A stretch of 25,285 bases of DNA from a virus (Duplodnaviria; Caudoviricetes): the IMG/VR virus record IMGVR_UViG_3300032247_000307, positions 1 through 25,285 of that record. One strand, written 5' to 3'. A program made the translations under genes and the position numbers. How positions within the stretch are numbered: the first letter of the stretch is position 1; each line of letters begins with the position of its first letter. The notes beneath the pieces were generated by a model that was given only the letters and a program-made list of their open reading frames with translations, made no database searches and was not told the DNA's origin. Below are positions 8,823 to 18,367 of this stretch, piece after piece.

Positions 8823-9537
8823 TATTCATAAATTTTGCGATAAGTAGCCAACCAAAATTCAAACAAGATAGCTTGACTTTCTGGAGTCGTATGGTATACA
8901 CTTTCTATTCCCGGATCGGTCCATCCTAACCACATATTACCACCTTCGGGTACCTCATTCTTGTATATGCTCCAGTCAAACATACATAGGTCACCTCGGG
9001 TCCATACATAAGGAATGCCCGAGTGTTCTAAACTCTGGAAAGCACTTGTACAAACAAATAGTCTTGATGGTATTTCAACTCTTCGTTATACAACTCAGTA
9101 AACCAATACTGCAACGCTTTCCTAGCGTCGGGAGTTAGCTTTTCATTTAAAGGAAAACACTGACCATCAATGAAATTCTTAATGCCATCACTTACAATAC
9201 TTTCCTGTTCAATATTAATCTCATTTGGAATTATATTGTAGTAGTTGGTGTATCGAACATTGCTTGCTAGATTATGTTGGTTATATTGTACGGGTTTACC
9301 CAATACAGCAAGCGGCAAATCAATACGAGATGCACTGGCAAACTCAAAAAGAATAAGATCCGGTTTTAGTTTAATGGCCGATTCAATTTGCAATCGTATT
9401 GCAAAGTTTGTTGCGCCCGGCTTTGCTAAACTAATTAATTCAGCATTGTATTCGGATGCGAATCTTTCACTGATGTGAGTACCCGGTAGTCTACTATCTA
9501 AACTTGAAAAACTTGAACCGCACGAAACTATACGCAT
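8822..9537 (-). pseudogene. SGNH-hydrolase-like protein interrupted by a single-base frameshift (or sequencing error)
   Basis: N-terminal CGSSFS, LAKPGATN. The frame stops at 9028, but adding one A at 9046-9047 (CAA GT to CAA AGT) continues as SAFQSLEHSGIPYVW...YHTTPESQ...YE to TAA at 8824-8822, filling the gap. Confidence 0.7.
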
Positions 9538-9543
9538 TGATTC

Positions 9544-9843
9544 TTATTCGTCGGTTGGTAGAATACCATTACTGTGTTTGTCTGACACTGTTTCAACATC
9601 CTGAAATAGACGTTTCTCTTGTGTGGTTAGTTTGTCTTTGTGTGTCTTACGTGGGTTCCCACACAGGTAACATTGTGGATTGCCACAATCCATGGCATGA
9701 TGTTTGGCTAGCCTATGTGGCTGTCGAATGTTTGCTTGATTAAATGTACCATGTGATCGGGCAATTTTAACTTGCCTTGCGATCGCTACATCATTTTTGT
9801 GTCGTCTACGTGAATTAAGGAATTTTGCTGTATCGTTACTCAT
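9544..9843 (-). CDS. Small basic Cys/His phage protein
   Basis: HHAMDCGNPQCYLCGNPRK; TAAATA lies 4 nt before the ATG. Confidence 0.75.
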   Translation of the reverse strand: MSNDTAKFLNSRRRHKNDVAIARQVKIARSHGTFNQANIRQPHRLAKHHAMDCGNPQCYLCGNPRKTHKDKLTTQEKRLFQDVETVSDKHSNGILPTDE

Positions 9844-9850
9844 ACAGTAT

Positions 9851-10006
9851 TTAATTCTCTTCTTTACGCTGATAATTAATAACTTCTAACCACCCAATTA
9901 GTGCAACCATCCACCCAGTTGCATCTCCGTCGGGCCACTTAAGAAAAATCATAATGCTTGCCATTAGTGCAATAAGAATTGCCATAATATTTTTAAATGC
10001 TGTCAT
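9851..10006 (-). CDS. Small membrane protein (51 aa)
   Basis: MTAFKNIMAILIALMASIMIFLKWPDGDATGWMVALIGWLEVINYQRKEEN; AAGGA RBS; two hydrophobic segments. Not in the ORF track. Confidence 0.7.
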   Translation of the reverse strand: MTAFKNIMAILIALMASIMIFLKWPDGDATGWMVALIGWLEVINYQRKEEN

Positions 10007-10073
10007 ATTATTCCTTTTAAAAATTTATCGAAAGGGACTTATTGGCATTGCCCTTACGCACACTGCAGGGATC

Positions 10074-11108
10074 TTAGTTAGGCTTCATGCATGTTGTTTG
10101 AGCCATACGTGTCCATGTAGTTGGAAAGCTCTTACGCAACTGTGCAACTTTGATGGCCATACGCAAACTCATCTCACGCAACTTGGTTTGATTAGTTTCC
10201 ATAAACGCAATAACTTCATCTTGAGCACATGGTTCCATGTCCATATCTGCAAACAATGCACCGTCGTTAGCAATCTGCTTGATACGCAAAATCTTATCAC
10301 GCATTGTATCCAGTGTAAGATCCAAATAGTGACAGCGTGATTGCAAAGCATCCAAGTGATCACGCAATTTCTGGCTCTTCATTGTGTCAAACTTCAAGTT
10401 AGTAATAAAAATTACACTACCATGGAACTCAAACTGTGATGGAATACCTTCACGTTTAAGCATATGACTGTCAGCAAGCCAACTAATTTTACGTTTCTTG
10501 CCTGAATCCAATGCACCCTTAAGCAAGTTCAAACTTACGTCGTCTAGCAAAATGCTATCGCAGTCGTCAAACACAACTACGCAATTAGGATCGCTGTACT
10601 TATACAGTGTGCTATACAAACCAAGTGGTGTTGCACTACCCTTAACAACTTCTGCACGAAGTCGCTTGCCTGCAATTTGATCAAACAAGCAAGCCTTGTC
10701 AATGATTTGTTCAACGCCATAGCTCTTGCCAACTCCGGGAGGACCACTAACAATCATTGCACGGATGTCACCGTTAGTTGTAGCTTTGGTCATCTCGTCG
10801 AGAATCTCAAATCTTGAACGAATGCGTTCAATAATTTCTGCGTCTGTTTCAACACCGGGTGCTGAGTCAACTGGTGCAGTACTTACAACCGGTTCTGTTG
10901 TGTCTGCATTTACAAATTCATAATTTTGGATACTGTTCATTTTGATACGAATATTATCTGGGAAGCCCGGGAAGGCTCCATTGTTGGACACGGTAACAAA
11001 GCCCCCTTTGATACCTTCTTTGTATTGTTCTACCAGCTCAAAAACTTTACCTGATACGTCGGTGTTACGGTAAACACCTGACTTAATACGGATAAAACTT
11101 TGTGACAT
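10074..11108 (-). CDS. AAA+ family ATPase
   Basis: Walker A GPPGVGKS, Walker B VVVFDDCD, sensor-1 ITN, Arg finger ALQSRC; AGGAG RBS. Confidence 0.85.
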   Translation of the reverse strand: MSQSFIRIKSGVYRNTDVSGKVFELVEQYKEGIKGGFVTVSNNGAFPGFPDNIRIKMNSIQNYEFVNADTTEPVVSTAPVDSAPGVETDAEIIERIRSRFEILDEMTKATTNGDIRAMIVSGPPGVGKSYGVEQIIDKACLFDQIAGKRLRAEVVKGSATPLGLYSTLYKYSDPNCVVVFDDCDSILLDDVSLNLLKGALDSGKKRKISWLADSHMLKREGIPSQFEFHGSVIFITNLKFDTMKSQKLRDHLDALQSRCHYLDLTLDTMRDKILRIKQIANDGALFADMDMEPCAQDEVIAFMETNQTKLREMSLRMAIKVAQLRKSFPTTWTRMAQTTCMKPN

Positions 11109-11140
11109 TTACGTGCTCCTGTGTTGTTAACAATGTAATT

Positions 11141-11149
11141 ATTATAACA
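11141..11149 (-). promoter_or_regulatory. Extended -10 promoter (TGtTATAAT) for the ATPase
   Basis: TGTTATAAT 32 nt upstream of the ATG, followed by an AGGAG RBS. Confidence 0.6.
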
Positions 11150-11193
11150 CCGTTTTCCAATTTGGATACCCAAAATGTCAAAATATTTGGCTA

Positions 11194-11225
11194 TGTTGTA
11201 AAAATACAACACAAAGTAATACTTT
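11194..11225. repeat. Tandem palindromes, operator-like
   Basis: TGTTGTA-AAAA-TACAACA (11194-11211) and AAAGTA-A-TACTTT (11213-11225). Confidence 0.6.
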
Positions 11226-11427
11226 ATATGTAATACTCGTATGCCATCTCGCTCAGTAATGCGGGATATTCATCTGCAAGTTGAATCAGTTCGTCGTCAG
11301 TGAGTTCTATGCCCGAACCTTCATAAACTGCATACGAAAAATGTGCATCACAAAAATCTGGATAATCGTTTCCGTCAACACCGTCAACTTCAACATCTAC
11401 TACTTGTTGTCCGTTTAAAACCATCAT
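11224..11427 (-). CDS. Small acidic phage protein
   Basis: 67 aa, DYPDFCDA motif, AAGGAG RBS, TATAAT at 11458-11453. Confidence 0.8.
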   Translation of the reverse strand: MMVLNGQQVVDVEVDGVDGNDYPDFCDAHFSYAVYEGSGIELTDDELIQLADEYPALLSEMAYEYYI

Positions 11428-11476
11428 AATGAAAACTCCTTGTTGTAGAAGTATTATACAGGTTTTTTCTTTTTTG

Positions 11477-12283
11477 TTAGAATTGTTTCCAAAACATATG
11501 TTCTTGTTTTAACCATTCTACAGTTGAGGCGACTAGCTCAGGACTGTGGGTTTCAAATTGGTCCATGACATCAACTATGCTAGTATAACATCGACGTTCA
11601 GTCAACGCCAACAGCATATGATGCCATTTGTGTATGTTCCATCCCGTATAACTCATATGCGCTAGATAAAAATCAACAGTATCCATATCTGCTAACTTTA
11701 TCACATTCCATGGACCATGAAATCCAAAACTAGGAGCATAGTTGCCCAGTTCATAACTAAACTGTGATGCCAGTGCTACATCCGGATAACAAATATTGTA
11801 CTGGTCTTCTAGGTATTGCCGATATGCATGTCCAATGACTTGATCTTCATTGACCGCATTTGGATCATTGGCATCCATTTTGATTCTGTGATCTTGTAAT
11901 GCTTCTAATAATTTACGGCTACGCAAACTAAACCCACCATTACCGATATTGGTTCCCGGAGATGCCCAGGGCCAAGGTGCACCGATATAATCATATTTTA
12001 GGAATTCATTGGTCCACATAGATTTATTGTAGGCCATTGCATCCCATTGTACAAATAGAATATGGTCAGTGGTTATGTGCTCCAACATGCCACGTAGCAT
12101 AAATTCACAATATTCTGTTACACTGGGAAAGTGATCAACATGCACATTACGGGCACCGGCCAGTATGGACTTGTTGCTAAATGTTAATACTTCGGCAACG
12201 TCTATATGTTTTAATGTTTCCGTAAGTGCTCTTGCAGCCAACTCATGATACATTGTTTCTTGAGTAACTAAAGTAATACTCAT
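11477..12283 (-). CDS. DUF5672-family protein (glycosyltransferase-like)
   Basis: FVQWDA...YDYIGAPW...GNGGFSLRSRKLL...NED...FGFH. Start at 12283 gives an ATGA overlap with the upstream stop. Confidence 0.8.
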   Translation of the reverse strand: MSITLVTQETMYHELAARALTETLKHIDVAEVLTFSNKSILAGARNVHVDHFPSVTEYCEFMLRGMLEHITTDHILFVQWDAMAYNKSMWTNEFLKYDYIGAPWPWASPGTNIGNGGFSLRSRKLLEALQDHRIKMDANDPNAVNEDQVIGHAYRQYLEDQYNICYPDVALASQFSYELGNYAPSFGFHGPWNVIKLADMDTVDFYLAHMSYTGWNIHKWHHMLLALTERRCYTSIVDVMDQFETHSPELVASTVEWLKQEHMFWKQF

Positions 12284-13179
12284 AGCTGTTTGATAATAGC
12301 GTTGGCAATTTTGGCAACATCCCATAGTTTGTTACAAGCAAAGTCTCCGCGTTCACAAACAATACCACGCACAGGTCTTTCTTGACGACTATGGCAACCA
12401 ACACAGTCAACATTGGCCTGGATAATCGTACAGTTATCTCCCATGACTCCGTTACGATACGGCATTACTTTTTCAGGACTCATATGGCTCAGTAATGCCA
12501 CAATATGTGTTTCGCTTGCACCTGCAATATGAAATGGACCCGAATCAATACCAACAAAACATTTGGCATGATCCAGCAAATAACATAATGCTCCGGGTGT
12601 TATGGTTCTTCCATCGATCACTCTTGGATGTTCTTCAGGGAAAAAATCAGTAGGGCCACCAACGCAGACAATTTTAACATCTGGGTTTGCTGTAAAAATT
12701 GCGTCAAACACTCCTACCCAAACAGCAGGATCAATGTTTTTTAATTCCCAATGCCATCTACGCATATGTACCGCAATAAACGGCGCATTAATAGTTTTGA
12801 CAAATTCATCAACGGCAGATTCTTCATCGTCACTGATAAACAATTCCATGCTACGATCCATGTCAGTTGTACCAAATACTCTATAGAAATAGTTGTCGGC
12901 AAAATGACCTGTGGGATTGTATTCATATGTATCATCTAAGTTATAGTACACATCATATAATTCCGGTGTAGATAAAGAATCATCTGTTTCGCTAATAGTA
13001 ATTACATTGCGGATATGAGGATTATGATCAAAAACTGTGGGATGTTGAGTTGCTACATCAATGACGCAATTATCTCCATACATGGCCTTTAGTTCACGCA
13101 ATATTCCGGTGGCAACTACTACATCGCCCAGTGCAGCTCGTCTACGAACTAATATTCCAATTGGTACTTCTAGTTTCAT
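12280..13179 (-). CDS. Glycosyltransferase family 9 (heptosyltransferase WaaC/WaaF-like)
   Basis: RRAALGDVVVAT and FVGIDSGPFHIAGA; C-terminal CxxC...C...C. Confidence 0.85.
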   Translation of the reverse strand: MKLEVPIGILVRRRAALGDVVVATGILRELKAMYGDNCVIDVATQHPTVFDHNPHIRNVITISETDDSLSTPELYDVYYNLDDTYEYNPTGHFADNYFYRVFGTTDMDRSMELFISDDEESAVDEFVKTINAPFIAVHMRRWHWELKNIDPAVWVGVFDAIFTANPDVKIVCVGGPTDFFPEEHPRVIDGRTITPGALCYLLDHAKCFVGIDSGPFHIAGASETHIVALLSHMSPEKVMPYRNGVMGDNCTIIQANVDCVGCHSRQERPVRGIVCERGDFACNKLWDVAKIANAIIKQL

Positions 13180-14396
13180 TCTTCTACTGCAACTTCTGGA
13201 AAATATTTAACAAAGCGGTCAACTTGGTTAGACCGTTTTTGTTTAATGCGATTACGAATCTCACTGTAAAAATTCCATGCTAATGGGATAAACAATAATT
13301 TATCATCGGCACCAAATTGATCTAAATAATCAATTGATACAATAGGAATATGTTTACCGGGGCTATATAAACCTTGTTTAAGAGAATTATCATCGATGAT
13401 TACGTCAACATCTAAATTAGAATATTGCAACAAAGTATTGCCCTTTGCAGCTGCACCATAGCCAATGACCCGATATCCTTGTTGCCTGTATCCATCTACA
13501 GTACCAACCAATCCCGCTCTCATAGCTTCAACACTTTGCGTCCACTTTGTATAACGTTCGCCTGACATTAATCCCTGGCTTGCTTCTAGAGCAATAAGGT
13601 TTTTAATATGCTGAGTACGCTCATGCCCGCTTACTACAAAAATGTAACTAGTACCGTGAATTGGTGTCTTAACAACATCTTCTAAATATAGTCCGGCACG
13701 TTTACATAATTCATTCATGCTATTAATATTGTAAAAATTAATATGCTCATGATATATAGTATCAAATTCGTTATTAACAATCATGTCAGCCTGACTTGTT
13801 TGAATAAAGAACTTGCCACCTTGGCGTAAAATACGTTTAATATTCTTTAGGTAGGTAACTGGATCTGGATTATGTGCAAAGCTATTTTGTGCCACAACAA
13901 TGTCAAACCGATCGTCATTTTCAACCATTGTATCGGTAAGATCGGTATCAAAGAAACTGCAATAAATTTTATGATTTATACTACTGGTTTCGTACAGATT
14001 TTCTGCCGGATCAATTCCACAGGTAGTTAGTCCCATCTGCTTGAAATAATCTAACTGAGTTCCATCATTGCATCCAATATCAAGAACGGTACTTGGCCAA
14101 TAACTCATATGTTCTTTGGCAAACTTTGCAAACCATTCAAAGTGATCACGGCCAGTTTTACTTGTGCCACTAACATACAGATAGTGAGTATAAATTAATG
14201 CCGGATCAACTGCGTGTGTGAGTTGTAAATGATTGCAATGATTACATCGGTTCACTGCCAGAGGAAATTTTGGTTCCTCTACTTGCAAATTCTCAATACA
14301 GTTATTTGCAAGTGCCTGTATTCCTAGATCAAGTTGAAAGGTGAGATCACTGCTGCCACATGCCAAGCAGTCGTCGATTTGATTACAGTTGTTCAT
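13176..14396 (-). CDS. SAM-dependent NDP-sugar C-methyltransferase
   Basis: N-terminal Zn site CLAC...CNHC, LDIGCNDG, FDTIYHEH, IHGTS, GYGAAAKGNTLL, LAWNF: TylC3/EryBIII/NovU-type architecture. Confidence 0.85.
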   Translation of the reverse strand: MNNCNQIDDCLACGSSDLTFQLDLGIQALANNCIENLQVEEPKFPLAVNRCNHCNHLQLTHAVDPALIYTHYLYVSGTSKTGRDHFEWFAKFAKEHMSYWPSTVLDIGCNDGTQLDYFKQMGLTTCGIDPAENLYETSSINHKIYCSFFDTDLTDTMVENDDRFDIVVAQNSFAHNPDPVTYLKNIKRILRQGGKFFIQTSQADMIVNNEFDTIYHEHINFYNINSMNELCKRAGLYLEDVVKTPIHGTSYIFVVSGHERTQHIKNLIALEASQGLMSGERYTKWTQSVEAMRAGLVGTVDGYRQQGYRVIGYGAAAKGNTLLQYSNLDVDVIIDDNSLKQGLYSPGKHIPIVSIDYLDQFGADDKLLFIPLAWNFYSEIRNRIKQKRSNQVDRFVKYFPEVAVEE

Positions 14397-15115
14397 AAGT
14401 CTGTTCTATAGTTTGATTCTGGGTATTCATTATTGTAATGAAAACTCACGTCAGCTTTGTTGTGACTAGAATGTATTTCATACACATGTGGTTGACCCTG
14501 GCCAACCCATGCTTCACACTCATATCGCACATTACCCGGATCCAATACAATATCAGGTTTGAGTAATTTGCTCTTTGTTCCCCACACCACTGTGGTTGGA
14601 TCCTGCAATAAGGGCAATCGACGAATATAGTTAGTATTTGCCCACCAGGTATTTCCGCTTAGATGTGGCCACGGATGATCTAACCAGTTAACTCCAACCA
14701 GCTCAAATCCTTCGTCTAGTTTATCTACACTATCTCGCCAACGCTCAATTCCCCAGTAGGTTAAATGTCGGCGCCAGTCTATAGTTTTTTGGTCTGTTGG
14801 GCGTGTAATACCTTTTAAGTGTGCATATCCAACATAGTGCAACTCGGTATCATCATCAGCATCTAGTTTAATTTGATTAATAGTTGGCCACTCCCATTTA
14901 TGGGGATCACCGTTGACGTGACGAACACGAATTTTGTCACTGCTTCTTAACAAAGGTAATAACGGAATTTCCATGGTACTCAAAGTACCATTTAGACATA
15001 GATTAATTTCATCCATTTCGTCAATCAATCCACTACTGTCCATTTTTTCCAACATCTCAGCAAATATTGATTGCCAAGTTGGTAGTTCGGGCATGTGTAA
15101 ATAAAACTTCTTCAT
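14393..15115 (-). CDS. Hypothetical glycosyltransferase-like protein
   Basis: EWPTI...YAHLKG...HLSGNTWWANTNYIRRLP...RYECEAWVG. Start at ATG 15115, directly after the upstream stop; cluster context. Confidence 0.6.
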   Translation of the reverse strand: MKKFYLHMPELPTWQSIFAEMLEKMDSSGLIDEMDEINLCLNGTLSTMEIPLLPLLRSSDKIRVRHVNGDPHKWEWPTINQIKLDADDDTELHYVGYAHLKGITRPTDQKTIDWRRHLTYWGIERWRDSVDKLDEGFELVGVNWLDHPWPHLSGNTWWANTNYIRRLPLLQDPTTVVWGTKSKLLKPDIVLDPGNVRYECEAWVGQGQPHVYEIHSSHNKADVSFHYNNEYPESNYRTDL

Positions 15116-15116
15116 A

Positions 15117-15827
15117 TCAATTCCTAATAGCTGCACCATTGGGTGCAATTGTGCCTTCAACACCCACTTGATCAATTTCAAGCACATGTTCTGTGGGCAA
15201 AAACTTAGCAAGAACGTGTTCGATGTCGGTGTATCCACCATTTGATACACGTTCATTAAAGTGTTCAAAACTTTGTTTGTATACTGTGATTATCTTGTCT
15301 GTTAACTGTATTGGCCATGACCACAAACGTGCCATATATTGCCAAGTTTGTTGAGTTAATTTGGGATCAAACTGTGATTGATATTTTTTACCAATGATGA
15401 TTTTATCAGTTTCTCTCTCGTATAGTCCAACATCAAATTGATCATTGATCAAATACCGGCCACTCATTTTGTGTACACGATCAATTCCGTCAAACTCTTT
15501 GTCATCGTTAAGAATTTTAAGAGCCTGGCCAAAGCACATGATTTCGGTACCATTCTTTACTATATCCCAGTTGTCTGTACTATTGTAAAGTTTTCTAACA
15601 TCTTCTTCTTCAGTAAAATCTAAAAACACATCTGCAATACCAGATAATACCTCAGACTGTTCCTCTGTCAAAGCGACTCCGGTAACTTCCATGAGCACAA
15701 TCTTGGAGTCTGGAACATGTTTACGTATACTTTCAATGGTACTAATGGTCTGAGCCAATCTTTCAATTGGCGGAAAGATACCGAAGCGACTGTTAATGGC
15801 ACTGGTTACAATAAAGCAATGTTTCAT
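15117..15827 (-). CDS. Hypothetical glycosyltransferase-like protein
   Basis: FIVTSAI...R..QT..TIESI...KMSGRY...DIEH; lies in the sugar operon. Confidence 0.6.
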   Translation of the reverse strand: MKHCFIVTSAINSRFGIFPPIERLAQTISTIESIRKHVPDSKIVLMEVTGVALTEEQSEVLSGIADVFLDFTEEEDVRKLYNSTDNWDIVKNGTEIMCFGQALKILNDDKEFDGIDRVHKMSGRYLINDQFDVGLYERETDKIIIGKKYQSQFDPKLTQQTWQYMARLWSWPIQLTDKIITVYKQSFEHFNERVSNGGYTDIEHVLAKFLPTEHVLEIDQVGVEGTIAPNGAAIRN

Positions 15828-16864
15828 TTACTGAGCCAACGATTGTTGTCTAGGGTCCACTTGGTCATTTCGGCTATACGCTCACTTAGTTTAATACGTG
15901 GTTCCCAACCTAATTCTTTTAGTAGACCGCCATCCAATGCATATCGCAAATCGTGCCCTGGCCGAGATCCGTGGAAGTCAACCATTTCGTAATTGAGCTC
16001 TTTGCCCTGTGCATCAGCAATCCATCGTGCCAATGTTAGATTATCTACTTCTTCTGTGCCAACTAAGTTAAATTTAGGACAATGTGCATGTCCGTAATCG
16101 CCTGTGTGTTTATAATCCAATGGCAAGTTTTGCAGAATAAACATCAGTCCTTCTGCCACGTCCTTGGCATGAATATACATACGTGTACCAGCTTCTGTCT
16201 TTTCGGCATTGGCATGGATATACACCCGCTCACCGTCTCTGGCACGTTGGATAACCATTGGGATAAACTTCTCAGGATGCTGGCGTTCACCGAACACGTT
16301 CATGGTATGTGTGACCACAATAGGCATTTTATATGTGTTTTCATAAGCGACACAGAACTCTTCTGCTGCCGCTTTGCTAGCCGAATACGGGTTGGTTGAG
16401 TTGTACCTATCGTATTCTTTATAAGACACCCCAGGCGGCGCCACACCAAAAATCTCGTCTGTGGAGAAGTAAACAAAACGTTCCAAGTCAGGTAAATTTT
16501 TACGTGCATAATCTAACATGTTAACAGTACCGACAGTATTGTCTAACACAAACTCCATGGGATATGTAATTGAACGATCTACGTGGCTACCAGCTGCCAA
16601 ATGCAGCACAATATCAATGGGACCAATGTCCTTGACAATCATTTCATTTAGTTCTGCTTTGAGATCATGAAAAACAATGCGTAGTCGTTCACTAACCATT
16701 TTAGGGTCATGTTCTTTTAACATGTCATGTAGGCGATTTAAGTTTCCCGAAATATCCAGTCTATCTAGACAGATAATTTTCCAATCGGTTGTTTTTAAAA
16801 TGTTATCAATTGCATGATGTGCAATAAAGCCGGCACCGCCGGTAATTAGTACGTTCTTTGACAT
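15824..16864 (-). CDS. rfbB: dTDP-glucose 4,6-dehydratase (NAD-dependent epimerase/dehydratase)
   Basis: TGGAGFI, HLAAGSHVDRSI, STDE, YSASK, QHPEKFIP, RPGHDLRYA; GGAG RBS. Confidence 0.9.
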   Translation of the reverse strand: MSKNVLITGGAGFIAHHAIDNILKTTDWKIICLDRLDISGNLNRLHDMLKEHDPKMVSERLRIVFHDLKAELNEMIVKDIGPIDIVLHLAAGSHVDRSITYPMEFVLDNTVGTVNMLDYARKNLPDLERFVYFSTDEIFGVAPPGVSYKEYDRYNSTNPYSASKAAAEEFCVAYENTYKMPIVVTHTMNVFGERQHPEKFIPMVIQRARDGERVYIHANAEKTEAGTRMYIHAKDVAEGLMFILQNLPLDYKHTGDYGHAHCPKFNLVGTEEVDNLTLARWIADAQGKELNYEMVDFHGSRPGHDLRYALDGGLLKELGWEPRIKLSERIAEMTKWTLDNNRWLSK

Positions 16865-16973
16865 AGTTCTCCGTGTATAGTCGATATGGTATTTATTTTA
16901 TATATTTTACTGTCTGTAAATTTTTAAAGCAACGAATCCGGACTGAAATAAGTAATATATATAAGAGGACATT

Positions 16974-17612
16974 ATGCTATCACTAAGACAAATATTTGAC
17001 ACAAAAATAACACTAAAATCTGACAAATGGGAACCTTACTTTGACACATACGAATCGTGTTTTGGTAGATTCCGAAATGCAAATCCAACCTTTGTAGAAG
17101 TGGGCGTACAAAGTGGTGGTAGTATGCAAATGTGGGTTGAATACTTTGGCCCCGGAGCTCGTATATTTGGTACTGATATTGCACCCGAGGTTACAGAGGT
17201 AGAGGGTGCCGAGATCATTGTGGGTGATCAGTCCAGTAGAGAATTTTGGGATAGTATTCTTCCACGCATTGGTCCAATTGATTGTTTTGTTGATGATGGT
17301 GGACACACTAGTACACAAATGCTAGTTACATTCGAAAAAGTGTGGCCCATGATTAAACCGGGCGGGGTATATGTGTGTGAAGATACTCATTGTTGTTACT
17401 GGGGCGGGTGGGAAGGTGCATATCGAGGTGAACATACCTTTATGGAATTTGCCAAGAAGTTTGCCGATGTAGTACACGGTGATCATTTTCAAATGCCAGA
17501 AGAATTGCAGGCGCTACCAAGGGATATACTACAGGTTAGTTTCTTTAATAGTCAGATTGCGTTTGTTAAGGGTAGACCCGCATTTAATAGATTAATAGTA
17601 AACCCAAAATGA
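16974..17612 (+). CDS. Class I SAM-dependent methyltransferase (sugar O-methyltransferase-like)
   Basis: VEVGVQSGGS, GDQS, DDGGH, GGVYVCED; AGAGG RBS. Confidence 0.85.
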   Translation: MLSLRQIFDTKITLKSDKWEPYFDTYESCFGRFRNANPTFVEVGVQSGGSMQMWVEYFGPGARIFGTDIAPEVTEVEGAEIIVGDQSSREFWDSILPRIGPIDCFVDDGGHTSTQMLVTFEKVWPMIKPGGVYVCEDTHCCYWGGWEGAYRGEHTFMEFAKKFADVVHGDHFQMPEELQALPRDILQVSFFNSQIAFVKGRPAFNRLIVNPK

Positions 17613-18367
17613 AAATAGTTGTATGCACTGGTGGGTTTGATCCGTTGCATAGTGGGCACATTGCCTACTTAAATGCTGCAGCTATGCTCGGTGATAGACT
17701 GATTGTGGGCGTAAACAGTGATGCATGGCTTGAGCGTAAAAAGGGTCGTGCATTTATGTCTGCGGCAGAACGTAGATCCGTAGTCGGTAATTTAAAACCA
17801 GTATACTGCACTATGTTGTTTGATGACAGCAATGGATCTGCTGTTAAACTGTTAGAAGAAATAAAATTTGACAATCTTTACGCTGATATTATATTTGCCA
17901 ATGGCGGAGATCGTACAGCCAGTAATATCCCAGAAATGTCAGTACAGGGTGTAACATTTGCATTCGGTGTAGGCGGGGGAAACAAAGCCAACTCAAGTAG
18001 CTGGATATTAGAAGAATGGAAAAATCCCAAAACAGAACGTACCTGGGGCGAATATAGAGTACTGTATGATTGTACCGGAACCAAAGTTAAGGAATTAACA
18101 ATCGAGCCCGGACAATCATTGAGTATGCAACGACACATGCATCGCGCCGAGTACTGGCATGTGGTATCGGGACAATGTATAGTAGATCAAAGATTAGAAA
18201 ATGGGAATCGGTTACCGGCAAGAATAATGGTTGCCCACGATAACATTGTAATACCCACTAACGGATGGCATCAATTACAGAATCCATATGATGAACCTTG
18301 TCGTATTGTGGAAATACAATACGGCACACAGTGTGATGAGCTAGATATTGAGCGAGATCAATCTTGA
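17609..18367 (+). CDS. Nucleotidyltransferase (RfaE domain II/TagD-like) fused to a mannose-6-phosphate isomerase-type cupin
   Basis: GGFDPLHSGH (HxGH), GVNSD, FANGGDR, SSS; then RTWG.Y, LSMQRHMHRAEYW, HQLQN, EIQYG..DIER. Confidence 0.85.
   Translation: MKIVVCTGGFDPLHSGHIAYLNAAAMLGDRLIVGVNSDAWLERKKGRAFMSAAERRSVVGNLKPVYCTMLFDDSNGSAVKLLEEIKFDNLYADIIFANGGDRTASNIPEMSVQGVTFAFGVGGGNKANSSSWILEEWKNPKTERTWGEYRVLYDCTGTKVKELTIEPGQSLSMQRHMHRAEYWHVVSGQCIVDQRLENGNRLPARIMVAHDNIVIPTNGWHQLQNPYDEPCRIVEIQYGTQCDELDIERDQS

Noticed and set aside
9028-9030. TAG recoding or read-through as the explanation for the short SGNH-like ORF
   Set aside because: The plausible continuation is in another frame, and other genes end normally at TAG (e.g. 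1145, 2992). The tRNA with anticodon TAG is Leu (reads CUA), not a suppressor.
10025-10073. Hammerhead-like GAAA-GGG...CCC-UU on the + strand
   Set aside because: No CUGANGA core (CUGCAGG instead) and no stem I.
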